DNA of 50,636 nt, counting the filler, from Jimgerdemannia flammicorona (Eukaryota), in NCBI GenBank assembly GCA_003990765.1. It is 2 parts of 2 records of this genome, joined end to end, with 100 filler letters (N's around TTAATTAATTAA, not from the genome) between each part and the next. Parts side by side here need not be neighbours in the genome. Positions count along the whole stretch, not along the records: positions 1 to 25,269 come from RBNJ01000858.1; 1 more part is not named here. One strand, given 5' to 3'. This document shows positions 11,622-23,845 of the stretch, one piece after another. Positions within the stretch are counted from its first letter, which is position 1. The number at the start of each line of letters is the position of its first letter. The translations under genes were made by a program, and so were the position numbers. The notes below the pieces were generated by a model. That model did no database searches. It was given only the letters and a program-made list of their open reading frames with translations, and was not told the DNA's origin.

Positions 11622-13133
11622 ATGACTTCCACCACCACCCAGCCCGAAAGTGGTCTCAGCCTGCAAGACGACGTCGTCACTCTCCTCACAGACCCAATCT
11701 ACCATGACCTAACCATCGTCTGCGCCGACAACTCTGAGACCACCGCCTGCCGCGCCTTCCTCGCTTCACGGTCGTCCGTCCTCAAGCGCATGATCTACGG
11801 AGAAGGCCGCGTTCCAACCAACAAGATTAAACTCGATGCCATCAAATCGCCAGGCCTCTGCGTCGTCCTCCACTATATCCATACCGAGACCACTGGCGAT
11901 AACCTAATTTTGCCTTCAGAGGCCGTCGAGGCCTACTATGCCGCAACCCTCTTCCATCTCCCGAAGCTCAAGAAGCTCGTCCTGGAAAAGGCTGACTGGG
12001 AGAGCCGGAATCTAACTGACGCCAGGGCGCTGCTTGAAAGGGCCTTCGATTTGATCTCCCCCAATGATACCTCGAATGCGGATCTGTACAACATCCTCCT
12101 CGATCCATTCTGCAAGCGCACCCTTGAGGTCGGAGAACTGAACGGCCTTTCTGACGGGGTGCTCGAGTTTCTGCTCACACGGACCAAGTCTCCTGAGGCC
12201 ACCTTTAACACTAATGAGCACAAACTCTTGTTATGCGTTATCGACTGGGCGTGGTCCCGCGGCGAGAACGTGCCATCCGACGTCGAGCGCCACGCGCGTT
12301 TGAAACGGCTCGAGTTTCCGACAGAGCCATACGGTGATCCGAGAGAAGACATGCGTGTCAGCCTCGCGAACGACGGCACGCGGGAGTCACTCCTCAAAAT
12401 GTGGCATAACTTGAAGCTCGTCCTTATCTGTCCGCACCGCTTGAAGTTCATGATAGATGCCGTCGATGCGCTCACAGATACGTCGCCGCATTGCGCGGCC
12501 TTTTCCGAGCACGCTTGCGCGAGCGTTCAGTGCCCTACCGGACATCCATCGAAGATGCGTGGGAAGCCGCAGGCACCACCACTACCGCCGCCGCCGCCGG
12601 CATCATCACTGCCGGCGTGCGTTAAATGGCGGCTCGGAGCCAATCTTATTGTGTCGGATAACGGTGCGGTCGTTGGACACGATAGCATTAGCGAACTGAT
12701 GGCGAGCATTGCAGTACCTCTTACAGTGCCATGTGAGTGGAACATTGTGATTGAATCAACCGGGATATCTCCATCCGATAAGAAACCGGTGAACGCCTTG
12801 GGATTGGTTTCGCAATATTACAACGAAATTGGCTCGTACAACACGGCGGAGACAGTTTCTCTCTGGGTTTTCTATACAGATGGTTCAGAGATAGCTCAAA
12901 TATCCGAAGGGATAATTGGAGGATCTATGGCTTCGTACGGCCAAGCTCTCAAACCTGGGGATGTTGTTACTTTCCATCTGGACATGGGTGAGGCCAATCG
13001 CACATGTTCGCTCTCAATCAATGGGCGTAATTATGGTGTAGCATGGTGCGATCTTCCCTACAAGGTGTATCCTTTCGTTGGTCTCTGGCCTGGTTCCAAA
13101 TATCGATATCAATTGAAATCCGGTGGCATATAA
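11622..13133 (+). CDS. BTB-(BACK-like)-polyproline-SPRY/B30.2 protein, copy 1 (intronless)
   Basis: BTB: DLTIVC..RAFLASRSSVLKRMIYG, VVLHYIHT. BACK-like EHKLLLCVIDW. SPRY-like GDVVTFHLDM..CSLSINGRNYGVAW.DLP.KVYP. ATG 11622 is shared in context with copy 3. Confidence 0.85.
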   Translation: MTSTTTQPESGLSLQDDVVTLLTDPIYHDLTIVCADNSETTACRAFLASRSSVLKRMIYGEGRVPTNKIKLDAIKSPGLCVVLHYIHTETTGDNLILPSEAVEAYYAATLFHLPKLKKLVLEKADWESRNLTDARALLERAFDLISPNDTSNADLYNILLDPFCKRTLEVGELNGLSDGVLEFLLTRTKSPEATFNTNEHKLLLCVIDWAWSRGENVPSDVERHARLKRLEFPTEPYGDPREDMRVSLANDGTRESLLKMWHNLKLVLICPHRLKFMIDAVDALTDTSPHCAAFSEHACASVQCPTGHPSKMRGKPQAPPLPPPPPASSLPACVKWRLGANLIVSDNGAVVGHDSISELMASIAVPLTVPCEWNIVIESTGISPSDKKPVNALGLVSQYYNEIGSYNTAETVSLWVFYTDGSEIAQISEGIIGGSMASYGQALKPGDVVTFHLDMGEANRTCSLSINGRNYGVAWCDLPYKVYPFVGLWPGSKYRYQLKSGGI

Positions 13134-13574
13134 TCGATCGCAGGAATTCGTTTTGTGATAATACCAAATTCATATTGTAACGCAGATAGTACAGATAGTC
13201 CACTTATATGTATGATAGTATTTGTCAAGATATGTTAGTGAGATGGCTACATATCCATTATTCTTGTTTCTATTCCTGGAAAATAAAAATTAGGAAGGTG
13301 TGTCGCGCACTTTGTTGGCAACCTCCGATGACATTTTACACCACAGCCGTTGGATATACTGGATTACTGCTCAAGGATTTTTGGTTAATGATCCCTATTG
13401 GCCATTGATGGCCAATGCGTACGTCCTTGTGGTTATTCATTGCCGTCGTTTCTTTTGCTTCGTTCCTTTTGTTTGTTCCCTTTGCTTGTTTGGCGTCGTG
13501 CAATGTTCTTTTTGTCAACAAGGAATTTCAAAACAAATGATGAGAAACCGTCATCGTTAATTTGTCTTACTACC

Positions 13575-15062
13575 ATGGAAAGTGGTCTCAGCCTGCAAGA
13601 CGACGTCGTCACTCTCCTCACGGACCCAATATACCATGACCTAACTATCGTCTCTGCCGACAACTTTGAGACCACCGTCTGCCGCGCCTTTCTCGCTTCG
13701 CGGTCGTCCGTCCTCAAACACATGATCTACGGAGAAGACCGCGTTCCAACCAACAAGATTAAACTCGATGCCATCGAATCGCCAGGCCTCTGCGTCGTCC
13801 TTCACTATATCCATACCGAGACCACTGGCGATAACTTGCTTTCGCCTTCAGAGGCCGTCGAGGCCTACCATGCCGCGACCCTCTTCCATCTCCCCAAACT
13901 CAAGAAGCTCGTCCTGGAAAAGGCTGATTGGGAGAGCCGGAGTCTAACTGACGCCAGGACACTGCTTGAAAGGGCCTTCGATTTGATCTCCCCCAACGAT
14001 ACCTCGAACGCAGACCTGTACAACACCCTCCTCGATCCTTTTTGCAAGCGCACTCTTGAGGTCGGAGAGCTGAACGGTCTTTCTGACGGGGTGCTCGAGT
14101 TTCTTCTCACACAGACCAAATCTCCTGAGGCCCCCTTTAACACTAATGAGCACAAACTCCTGCTATGCGTTATCGACTGGGCGTGGTCCCGCGGCGAAAA
14201 CGTGCCATCCGACGTCGAGCGCCACGCGCGTTTGAGACGGCTCGAGTTTCCGACAGCCATACGGTGATCCAAACGAGAACACGCGTGTCAGCCTCGTAAA
14301 AACGTCACGCGGGAGTCACTCCTCAAAATGTGGCACCACTTGAAGCTCACCCTTATCTGCCCGCACCGCTTGAAGTTTGTGATGGCTGCCGTTGATGCGC
14401 TCACGGACACGTCACCGCATTATGCAACCTTTTCTGAGTACGCTTGCGCGAGCGTCCAGTGCCCTGCCGGACATCCGTCGAAAATGCGCGGGAAGCCGCA
14501 AGCTCCACCGCCACCGCCACCACCACCACCACCACCGCCGCCGCCGCCGGCATCACCAATGGCGGCGTGCGTTAAATGGCGGTTCGGAACCAATATTGTC
14601 GTGTCGGACAACGGTGCAGTCGTTGAACTCAAGACCGTTAGCGATCTGATGGCGAGCATTACCGCACCTCTTACAGTGCCATGCGAGTGGAACATTATGA
14701 TTGAATCAATCGGGATACATCCATTAAACAAGGAACCGATGAACGCCTTGGGATTGACTTCGCAATATTACAACAAACTTGACTCTTACGGTACGACGGA
14801 GACAGTTTCTGTGTGGCTTTTTGGTACACGAGGTTCAAAAATAGCTAAAATATTCTCAGGGACAAATATGACTGCATACGGCCAAGTTCTCAACTCTGGA
14901 GATGTTGTCACTTTCCATCTGGACATGGATGGGACCAGTCGTATCTGTTCGCTCTCGATCAATGGACACAATTGTGGTATTGCATGGTGCGATCTTCCCG
15001 ACAAGGTGTATCCTGCCGTTTGCCTCTGGCCTGGTTCCCGATTTCAATCCGGTGGCATATAA
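13575..15062 (+). pseudogene. BTB-SPRY copy 2, interrupted by -2 and -1 indels with an in-frame TGA at 14265-14267
   Basis: Collinear with copies 1 and 3. ACAGAGCCA is ACAGCCA at ~14253 and one base is missing at ~14300. Lacks the N-terminal MTSTTTQP and the upstream module seen before copies 1 and 3. Confidence 0.75.
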
Positions 15063-15822
15063 TCCGTCACAGGAATTTGTTTTGTAATAATTATATGTAT
15101 GATGTTATTTATTTGTCAAGATATATTAGTGAGATGGCTATATATCCATTATTCTTGTTTCTATTACTGGCAAATAAAATTCAGGTGTCGCACGCAACCT
15201 CCAATGGCGAATCTGACATTTTGCACCGGTCTTCAGATATACTGGATTACTACTCCCTATTGGCCATTAATGGCCAATGCGCACGCTGAGTTCTTTTTGT
15301 TTTTTTTTTTTTTGGCCCAATGCTCCCTTGCTCGTTTAGCGTCGCTTAATGCTCTTTACGTTTGTTTTGGTGTTGCGAAATCTCAAGAACATGGAGGGCA
15401 TGATATGCCATACTGCTGATCCGTACACTCGTGCCACTAGATAATTAGATTTGAAATATTGAATAAATATCCCTCGAATATTTTGGCACACTTCAGTTAA
15501 TTATTTGGTAAAAATCCCAAAGTACTACGAATTAGTCAGGGTCCAGCCTTTACAAAGGATTGGGTCATTAAAAAAAAAAAATACATCATAAAAAAGCGAC
15601 GAGATTCCATGTCAACCTTTTTTTTTTTTTTTAATGTCTGCCGTGCAGTCACTTGGTTTAAACACGTTAGCCTCTTGTACACAAAGAATCAAGCAACCTG
15701 CAGTGGCCGAATGGGATTAGGGTGAAAACATAATCCTTTGCTTGTTGACAAGACACATTGCCCAGGTATATATATTATCACAAATATCACGTGGTAATTT
15801 GTCAATCTCTCTCTATACTACC

Positions 15823-17349
15823 ATGACTTCCACCACCATTCAGCCTGAAAGTGGTCTCAGCCTGCAAGATGACGTCGTCACTCTTCTCACAGACCCAATC
15901 TACCATGACCTAACCATCGTCTGCGCCGACAACTCTGAGACCACTGTCTGCCGTGCCTTCCTCGCTTCGCGGTCGTCCGTCCTCAAGCGCATGATCTACG
16001 GAGAAAGCCGCGTTCCGACCAACAAGATTAAACTCGATGCCATCAAATCGCCAGGCCTCTACGTCGTCCTCCACTACATCCATACCGAGACCACTGGCGA
16101 TAACTTGCTTTCGCCTTCAGAGGCCGTCGAGGCCTACCATGCCGCGACCCTCTTCCATCTCCCAAAGCTCAAGAAGCTCGTCCTGGAAAAGGTTGACTGG
16201 GAGAGCCAGAGTCTAACTGACGCCAGGATGCTGCTTGAAAGGGCCTTCGATTTGATCTCCCCAAACGACACCTCGAACGCGGATCTGTACAACATCCTCC
16301 TCGATCCTTTTTGCAAGCGCACTCTTGAAGTCGGTGAGCTGAACGGTCTTTCTGACGGGGTGCTCGAGTTTCTGCTCACACGGACCAAATCTCCTGAGGC
16401 CCCCTTTAACACTAATGAGCACAAACTCCTGCTATGCGTCATCGACTGGGCGTGGTCCCGCGGCGAAAACGTGCCATCCGACGTCGAGCGTCACTCGCGT
16501 TTGAAACGGCTCGAGTTTCCGACAGAGCCATACGGTGATCCAAGCGAAGATACGCGTGTCAGCTTCATGAACAACGTCACGCGGGAGTCACTCCTCAAAA
16601 TGTGGCACCACTTGAAGCTCACCCTTATCTGCCCGCACCGCTTGAAGTTTATGATGGCTGCCGTTGATGCGCTCACAGACCCGTCGCCGCATTATGCGGC
16701 CTTTTCCGAGTACGCTTGCGCGAGCGTCCAGTGCCCTGCCGGACATCCGTCGAAAATGCGCGGGAAGCAGCAAGCACCACCGCCACCGCCACCACCACCA
16801 CCGCCGCCGCCACCTGCATCACCAACGGCGGCGTACGTTAAATGGCGGTTCGGAACCGATATTGTCGTGTCGGACAACGGTGCAGTCGTTGAATTCAAGA
16901 CCGCTAGCGACCTGATGGCGAGCATTGCCGCACCTCTTACAGTGCCATGCGAGTGGAACATTATGATTGAATCAATTGGGATGCATCCATTCTACAATGT
17001 ACCGATGAACAACTTGGGATTGACTTCGCAATATTACAACGAACTTAACTCGTACGGTACGACGGAGACGGTTTCTTTGTGGTTTTTTGGCACACGGGGT
17101 TCAAAAACAGCTCGTATATTCACAGGGCTAGCTGGAGAAATTACGACTAAGTACGGCCAAACTCTCAACTCTGGAGATGTTGTCACTTTCCGCCTGGACA
17201 TGGATGGGACTAGTCGCACCTGTTCGCTCTCGATCAATGGACGTAGTTATGGTGTTGCATGGCGTGATCTTCCCGACAAGGTGTATCCTGCCGTTTTCCT
17301 CTGGCCTGGTTCCCGATATCGATATCAATTGAAATCTGGTAACATATGA
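15823..17349 (+). CDS. BTB-(BACK-like)-polyproline-SPRY/B30.2 protein, copy 3 (intronless)
   Basis: Intact ORF, near-identical to copy 1 in the BTB half and clearly diverged in the SPRY half. Confidence 0.85.
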   Translation: MTSTTIQPESGLSLQDDVVTLLTDPIYHDLTIVCADNSETTVCRAFLASRSSVLKRMIYGESRVPTNKIKLDAIKSPGLYVVLHYIHTETTGDNLLSPSEAVEAYHAATLFHLPKLKKLVLEKVDWESQSLTDARMLLERAFDLISPNDTSNADLYNILLDPFCKRTLEVGELNGLSDGVLEFLLTRTKSPEAPFNTNEHKLLLCVIDWAWSRGENVPSDVERHSRLKRLEFPTEPYGDPSEDTRVSFMNNVTRESLLKMWHHLKLTLICPHRLKFMMAAVDALTDPSPHYAAFSEYACASVQCPAGHPSKMRGKQQAPPPPPPPPPPPPPASPTAAYVKWRFGTDIVVSDNGAVVEFKTASDLMASIAAPLTVPCEWNIMIESIGMHPFYNVPMNNLGLTSQYYNELNSYGTTETVSLWFFGTRGSKTARIFTGLAGEITTKYGQTLNSGDVVTFRLDMDGTSRTCSLSINGRSYGVAWRDLPDKVYPAVFLWPGSRYRYQLKSGNI

Positions 17350-18133
17350 TCGATCGCAGGAAATCGTTCTGTAATGATACCAAATTCATATCGTAAGGTA
17401 GAGAAATTTGACTTTGCGGATAGTACAGATAGTCCATCTTTATGTATGGTGGTGTTTTCCTACCACGATATATTAGTGAGATGCCTGCATATCTATTCTT
17501 ATACCTTTTTCTAAAAAATAAAAGTCAGGAAGGTGCGGTACGCACTTTGATGGCAATCTCCGATGGCGAAACAAGGATTTCTGATCTATGATCCATATTG
17601 GTTATTGAAACCAATGCGTTATCACTCACGCCGTCGTTTTTTTCTCTTCGTTCCTTTTGTCTGTTTTTGTGTTGCAAAATCTCAATAACATGGGATTTCA
17701 CATACAATGATATGCCGTATTGCCATTCGTGCGCTCATGCCATTAGATGATTAGCTTTTGAAATAATAAATAAACGTCACTCAAATTTTGAAGGTACTAC
17801 GAATTACTCGGCGACCATTCTGCAGATAATTAGTCTCAGCTAATCGTCGTTCTACGGTAAATAATTAACTACAGAATTCTTAATCGCAGACCGCAGACCA
17901 CAGACCGCAGCCCACGCTTGGTGGTGAAGGGCCAAACGACGATATTAGCCAGTTTAGCGAACATAAAAAAAAGACACATAACCCTCTGTTATGTCATAAC
18001 CATAAGATCTGAAATGAATGTTAGGAGATTGTCCACTTGGTTCAAACATGTTGGCCTTTTGTTTGTACCTACAGAGCTACGCAGCCTGCCAATATCACAA
18101 ATTTCCGGTACTGTATATTGAGTACATGTGTAT

Positions 18134-19397
18134 TGTGACGAGCAGCAGAATTGTACCGCCGAAATCATAAATTAGCCACATACCATATCTAGTGCGCTAA
18201 GCAACCAAGACTGCTTTACTGCACCAATCTGTATAATTAGTCAGAGATACCAGAAACAGTATGTTTACCTGTACCAGTCCAGTACACTATATTGAGCCAG
18301 TACACCATACCAGTCCAGTACACTGTACCATCCAGGAACACTTGCCATATATAGTCACTTATAATTAGTCATATAGTAATCAGTAGTAACTATAACTGTA
18401 TAAAATACTCCAGAGATAAGAGTGAATAAACCTTAGTCTAAAAAGTTCAAAAGCAAAAGACAAGTCTATCTACCATACTTTGAGAGGAACTCTACAGCTA
18501 CTGCTAGAAGATTGTGAGCTTACTTTCCACTCTAGTCTACTTTTTGATACAAAGAAGAGTCTGTTACATTTTAGTTTACCTACTAGATAAGCCTGAAATT
18601 TCTTTTATCATAAAGCTAGTCTATTGATATAACTTTATAATAGAGTCAGTCATCTGATATAATCCTATACAAATGAAGCTAGTCTTAATATAACTTTGCC
18701 AAGAGAGTTATTTTTCAGAGAAGTTTACTGATTTAGAATGAATCTATATTATCTACTATTTTCAAGTTATCTATCATTCTCAAAGAGCTCAATTCTTATA
18801 ACCAAGTCAGTCTATCAGATACAACTTTGCAGTAGAGCCAGTCTATTGATATAACTCTATACAAATGAAGTCAGTCTTCGATATTACTTATTAAGAATTC
18901 TCACTATCTATATTATCTAAGATATCTGAGTTATCTAAATTATCTATACTATCTGAGTTATTTTCCAGAAGAGCTAATTTAGAAAGAATCCATATCATCT
19001 AAGTTATCTGAGTTATCTGATATTCTCAGAAACTTGCTGATTTAGATGAATCTGTGCCAAATTGAGTTATTTACCAAATCTGTAGAAGGAATACTACCAA
19101 GATTATTTTATTAGAAATTATATATTTTTGAAGATTATTGTATTATACAAAGATCATCATGCAGAAATTATATAAGAAATCTACTCATGCTACATATAAA
19201 TTACTACTAAGAACTTACATATCTTAATAAGAAAATCAACTGTTATATTCAGATTGACTATTATATTACTAAATACTAAGAATCTTAAAAATTATAAGAA
19301 TATTTTATTACTTTTTGATAAAGTAACTAGAGGCTTAAGTCAAACTATATTAACTTCTAGCCTTATAATTTGCATCTATTGAGCTAGGCACATTATA
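18134..19397 (+). repeat. 5' LTR (~1264 bp) with internal ~29-bp and 9-bp (ATCTGAGTT) sub-repeats
   Basis: Aligns with 20476-21198 + 22398-22466 + 23843-24261. Confidence 0.82.
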
Positions 19398-21198
19398 TTT
19401 GGGAGCTCAATTGAGAAGATTTCAAAATTGATATAACTTTTCAACTTATAAGAACTTATAGTCAACTGGATATATTTGATAAAATATCAATCTCTACTAC
19501 TATAAGAGAATTAGTCATCGCTAGTATTTAGATAGAAAGAGAAGTAATTACCTCAAGACTTGCCAACTACCCAATATTAGAAGGATCTCAACAGAAAGCC
19601 AGTATAGCATAGAACTCTCAGCTAGTACTAACAGACTTACTACAAGATCTATCAGATCAATTAGATTAGTCAAACTATACAGATAGCTCTATTAGAGTTT
19701 TTAATAAGCTTTTATAAGAACTTGAAGATCTTATTACATAAACCAATTTCCTGTAGAAGTCCTATCAATTTTATCCATTAAATCTCTCCTACTAGCTATT
19801 ATAGAACAAAAAGAACTAGAAGTATCTCCTTTAAGATACTAAGACTCATTGTTCTCTACTCAAGATCTCTAATATCTTTTTCAGAATACTCAAGTATTCC
19901 AAACTTCAGCAATAATTCAGAAAGTAAACCAGAATCTAAATCTAAATTAGAGCTAGAATTTAAACCAGAATTAGAATTAGAAGATAGTTCTCCTATCACA
20001 ATTCTGTCAAGCTAATGGAAACCCCCTTCAATGAATTCAGATCTATCAGAAAAACCTCACCTTGACCAGATATTTACTACAAGTCCACTAGCTATAGGTC
20101 TATTATACAATTGGAGAACAGTTGCAGAACCTTCTAGTTTCAGACCTAATCTATATCAGAAACTTCACTGGTCTGACTTAGAAAAACACTACTGCTGTAG
20201 ACAGACTATATATAATTTACAAATAAAACACCTCAGTACTGATATATATACAATTCTCTCTGAATAAATATAAGAAATAAATCCTATCATCTATCTGAGT
20301 ATCATCAACCACATCAAAATCCTATTCCTAAAGAAAGAAGAAGAACCTATTGAATAGAGTAACTCTGATCTAAATGAAGATAATAGTTCAAATATTGATA
20401 CTAAAGATACTTACATATATTAGAATAATAACTAAAGGATAGTCTGAGGACAGACCATCCTTTAGTGGAGGCTAATATGATAAAAAGTAGAATTATACTA
20501 TCAAAATTATAAATTAGCTATATATTATATCTAGTGTACTAAGCAACTAAGACTGCTTTACTATACTAACCTGTATAATTAGTCAGAGATATCAGAAACA
20601 GTATATTTATCTATACCAGTTCAGTATACTATACCAGTCTAGTATATTGTACTATTTAAGAATACTTATTATAGATAACTATCTATAATTAGTTATATAG
20701 TAACTAGTAGCAACTATAACTATATAAAATACTCCAGAGATAAAAGTGAATAAATCTCAGTCCAAAAGTTCAAAAGCAAAAAACAAGTCTATCAACTATA
20801 CTTCAAAAGGAACTCTATAGCTATTACTAGGAAATTGTAAGCTTACTTTCTACTCTAGTCCACTTTTCAATATAAAGAAGAGTCTATTATATTTTAGTCT
20901 ACTTGTTAGATAAGCCTGAAATCCCTCTTACCACAAAGCCAGTCTATTGATACAACTTTATAGTAGAGCTAGTCATCTGATATAACTCTATACAAATAAA
21001 GCCAGTCTCAATATAACTTTACTAAGAGAGTTATTTTCTAGAGAAGTCTGTTAATTTAAGAAGAATCTATATTATCTGCTATTTTTGAATTATTCACTAT
21101 TTCCAGAGAGTCTGATTCTTATTACTAAGCCAGTCTATCAGATGTAACTTTACAGTAAAGCTAGTCTATCAATATAACTCTGTACAAATGAAACCAGT

Positions 21199-22397
21199 TT
21201 ATTTTTATTTTATTTTATTTTTTTAACGGACTCAAAGTCTCATGGATTTTTATTGAAAGGGAACCTAGACTATATAGGCCAAAACCCTCTCTTACCACTC
21301 ATCAAGCACTGCTTCTCCATTAACCTAAGCTAGCTATTGTCCAGCAGCTCAACTATACCAGACACAATAGAACCTATATTGATCCATACCTCATTCTGTA
21401 TACCATGCTCTCTCTACTACTAAGGGGAGCTCAGCCATATGCCAATGACCAAAAGTATATGTCCAAGACCCTAACATATGTATAAGGCTATGCCCGAGCT
21501 AAATAGAATAGCCTCTGTCATCTCAAAGAAAATGATAGGTAAAGAAAAAACTCTTATCAAAGTATATCACAATGGGTAGGACCTAGTTCTCTCAGTCAAG
21601 ATTAGTAAAGAACTTACATATGAGGTGAGAGGAGACCCCTAATATCCCACTACTCAAGCCTGTGAGCCTCAATCATATTGCTGTATCAGCTCTTAGTTCT
21701 AGTTGAGTGCAGCCAAGATATCTGAAATGAGTAGCCTTGGGCCCTCCAACCTCCCCCCAATGACTAGAGCCCAACTGGCCAAATCACCAAAAGAAGCTGA
21801 GAGTATCACCTACTACCTAACTACTCTGTACCAATCCAAAGGCCCCACTAAAGCAGTACCCACCCTAACCCTGATGACTGCCCCCCATCTGGTACTCTAC
21901 TGGTTTACTATTATTACCCTTCCTCCTATCTGTAATGGTCATCTCTTCTTCTATCTCAATAATACCTGAAAAATAGTCACCTATACTAGAACCACACTCA
22001 CCAAGAAGCTTGCTAAAGCCAGAGGGCCCCACTATAGATACTGAGGATCTATAGGTAACCTATACTGAGCACTTGATGCCCAAGGTTAGCTGACTCTCTA
22101 TACAGCCTATGACATACTAAGATAGTACTTTATTGGTGATGGTAAAAGGAAAAAGATACCACACCAAAATAGATGTACTCCAGACTCAGCCAAAAGTATC
22201 AGAAACTGTGAAAAAGTAGAGAAGACACTGATATGATACTGATAAAGGGGCAACTCATCACTATTGCCTTTTTCTCACTACCTTGCAACAGGTACAGCAA
22301 ACCAACCCAAGGTAGAGAGAGTAATAATTGTGAAAAGTAGACTCAGAAGGTTATCTACCAAACCATTGTGACTGATAAGGTAGCAGAGAAAGGGGTG
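21199..22397 (-). mobile_element. ~1.2 kb poly(A)-tailed retroinsertion, probably a 5'-truncated LINE of a different family
   Basis: Minus-strand (AAAAT)n tail at 21199-21224 with AATAAA at 21254-21249. Flanking 11-bp TSD ATGAAACCAGT (21188-21198) / ATAAAGCCAGT (22398-22408); the LTR resumes exactly afterwards. Confidence 0.65.
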
Positions 22398-22466
22398 ATA
22401 AAGCCAGTCTTTGATATAACTTACTGAGAATTTCTATTATCTATATTATCTGAAATATTTGAGTTA

Positions 22467-23810
22467 GGGATAGAGAGATCAGTATATCTCTCTGGTAGGA
22501 AAAGTGATAGTGCTGAATATATACTGGTTGCCAAAGCTATAGTATATTGAGTATTACTTAGACTTCTTGGTATGGGTGGTCAAAAGGCTGTTGAAGATGG
22601 CCAGGTTATAGATTTTAGTAGACTAGAGGAGCCAGATTAGCTGAGAGGTGTTGATACTATCAGTGAACAGAGGTGGACTTGGTCTAGTGGACTTTACCAA
22701 GTATCTGCACTATTTGAGGGCATGGTGGCTAAGGCAGGTGAGTAAATTGAAAGGTTAAGAGTGAGTGCCCCTTATGCAGAGAGTGTGGGAGACTTGGTAC
22801 TCTCCTTGAGACACAACTGGTGATCTGCTCTCCATGGTGGCTCTTGAAAGGAGTAAGAAGATATACTACAAGAGATTCTGGTAGAGAGTTGTGGATAGTA
22901 CCCACCACATTGGTCTCTGGTGAAGGGATAATGAGAGGGAGGAGAAATGGAGTCCACAGATATAGAGATAGGACTACCTATTGTTAGGAGATATACTGGT
23001 GGAGAATTTTCAACTAGAAGATGGTATAGAATATTTATAAGAGCATAGAAGGAATTTGTGGTCTGAAGTATAGTAGGGAGTGGAGATTGATAAAGAGTAG
23101 GACTAGAATAGAGTCTGGTCCTGATATAAGCAGATGGCAAGATAGCTCTCCCCCAAGCTCTGGGTAGTATAGTGGTGGATTTTGAGGTATAATATCATGC
23201 TAAACTACTGGTCAGGACACTTGGTGAAAGGGAGTATAGTGGAGTATGAGAAGTGTCTGGATGTTGAGCAGGTGGAGGGTATAGTACAGACTTCTGAGCA
23301 TTGACTTAGAGAGTGCAAGGTTCTGGGAGATTACTGACAGATTATTGAGGACTGACTGGAGCTGCAATCTTTGGAGAGAGAGGAGGGGGAGAGGTGAGAT
23401 AATCTTTGGCAGAGGTTAATGAGAGGAGTTAGAGATGAGTAACTGACTTTGGAATAGACTCTGACCATCTGAGTTGGGCTGGCTAGACATTGGCTCTATG
23501 TATTTGAGAATGGTCAGTAGTTAGTAGTTGGGGTAAGGGTTGTGAGATAGAAGTAGCTATTGATAGATATTTTGAATGAGTGATAACAGGGGTAGAGACC
23601 TGGTAGAAGAGACCATAAGAGACTTATAGAAAGTATCTACAAGAAGAGCAGAGAGAGGATTGGAGTTGCTGAGAGATTGATGACCCTTAGGAGAGAGGGG
23701 GGGGAAGAGAGATTGGGGGGTCTATGTGGGATTGGGTGAAAGATATGTCAGTGCCTTTGTACTAATATAGATCAGAGATTAATTGGTAATAAAGTGGAAG
23801 TCTAAGTGAC

Positions 23811-23842
<32 letters not shown>
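22467..23842 (+). mobile_element. 5'-truncated L1/Tx1-type LINE (ORF2 C-terminus, 3' UTR, poly(A))
   Basis: Degenerate VLNIYWLPKL.YI.YYLDF..GGLGLVDF and C-terminal zinc-knuckle region homologous to the right-hand LINEs. AATAAA then A-run 23814-23842. 15-bp TSD GAAATATTTGAGTTA (22452-22466) / GAGATATCTGAGTTA (23843-23857). Confidence 0.88.
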
Positions 23843-23845
<3 letters not shown>

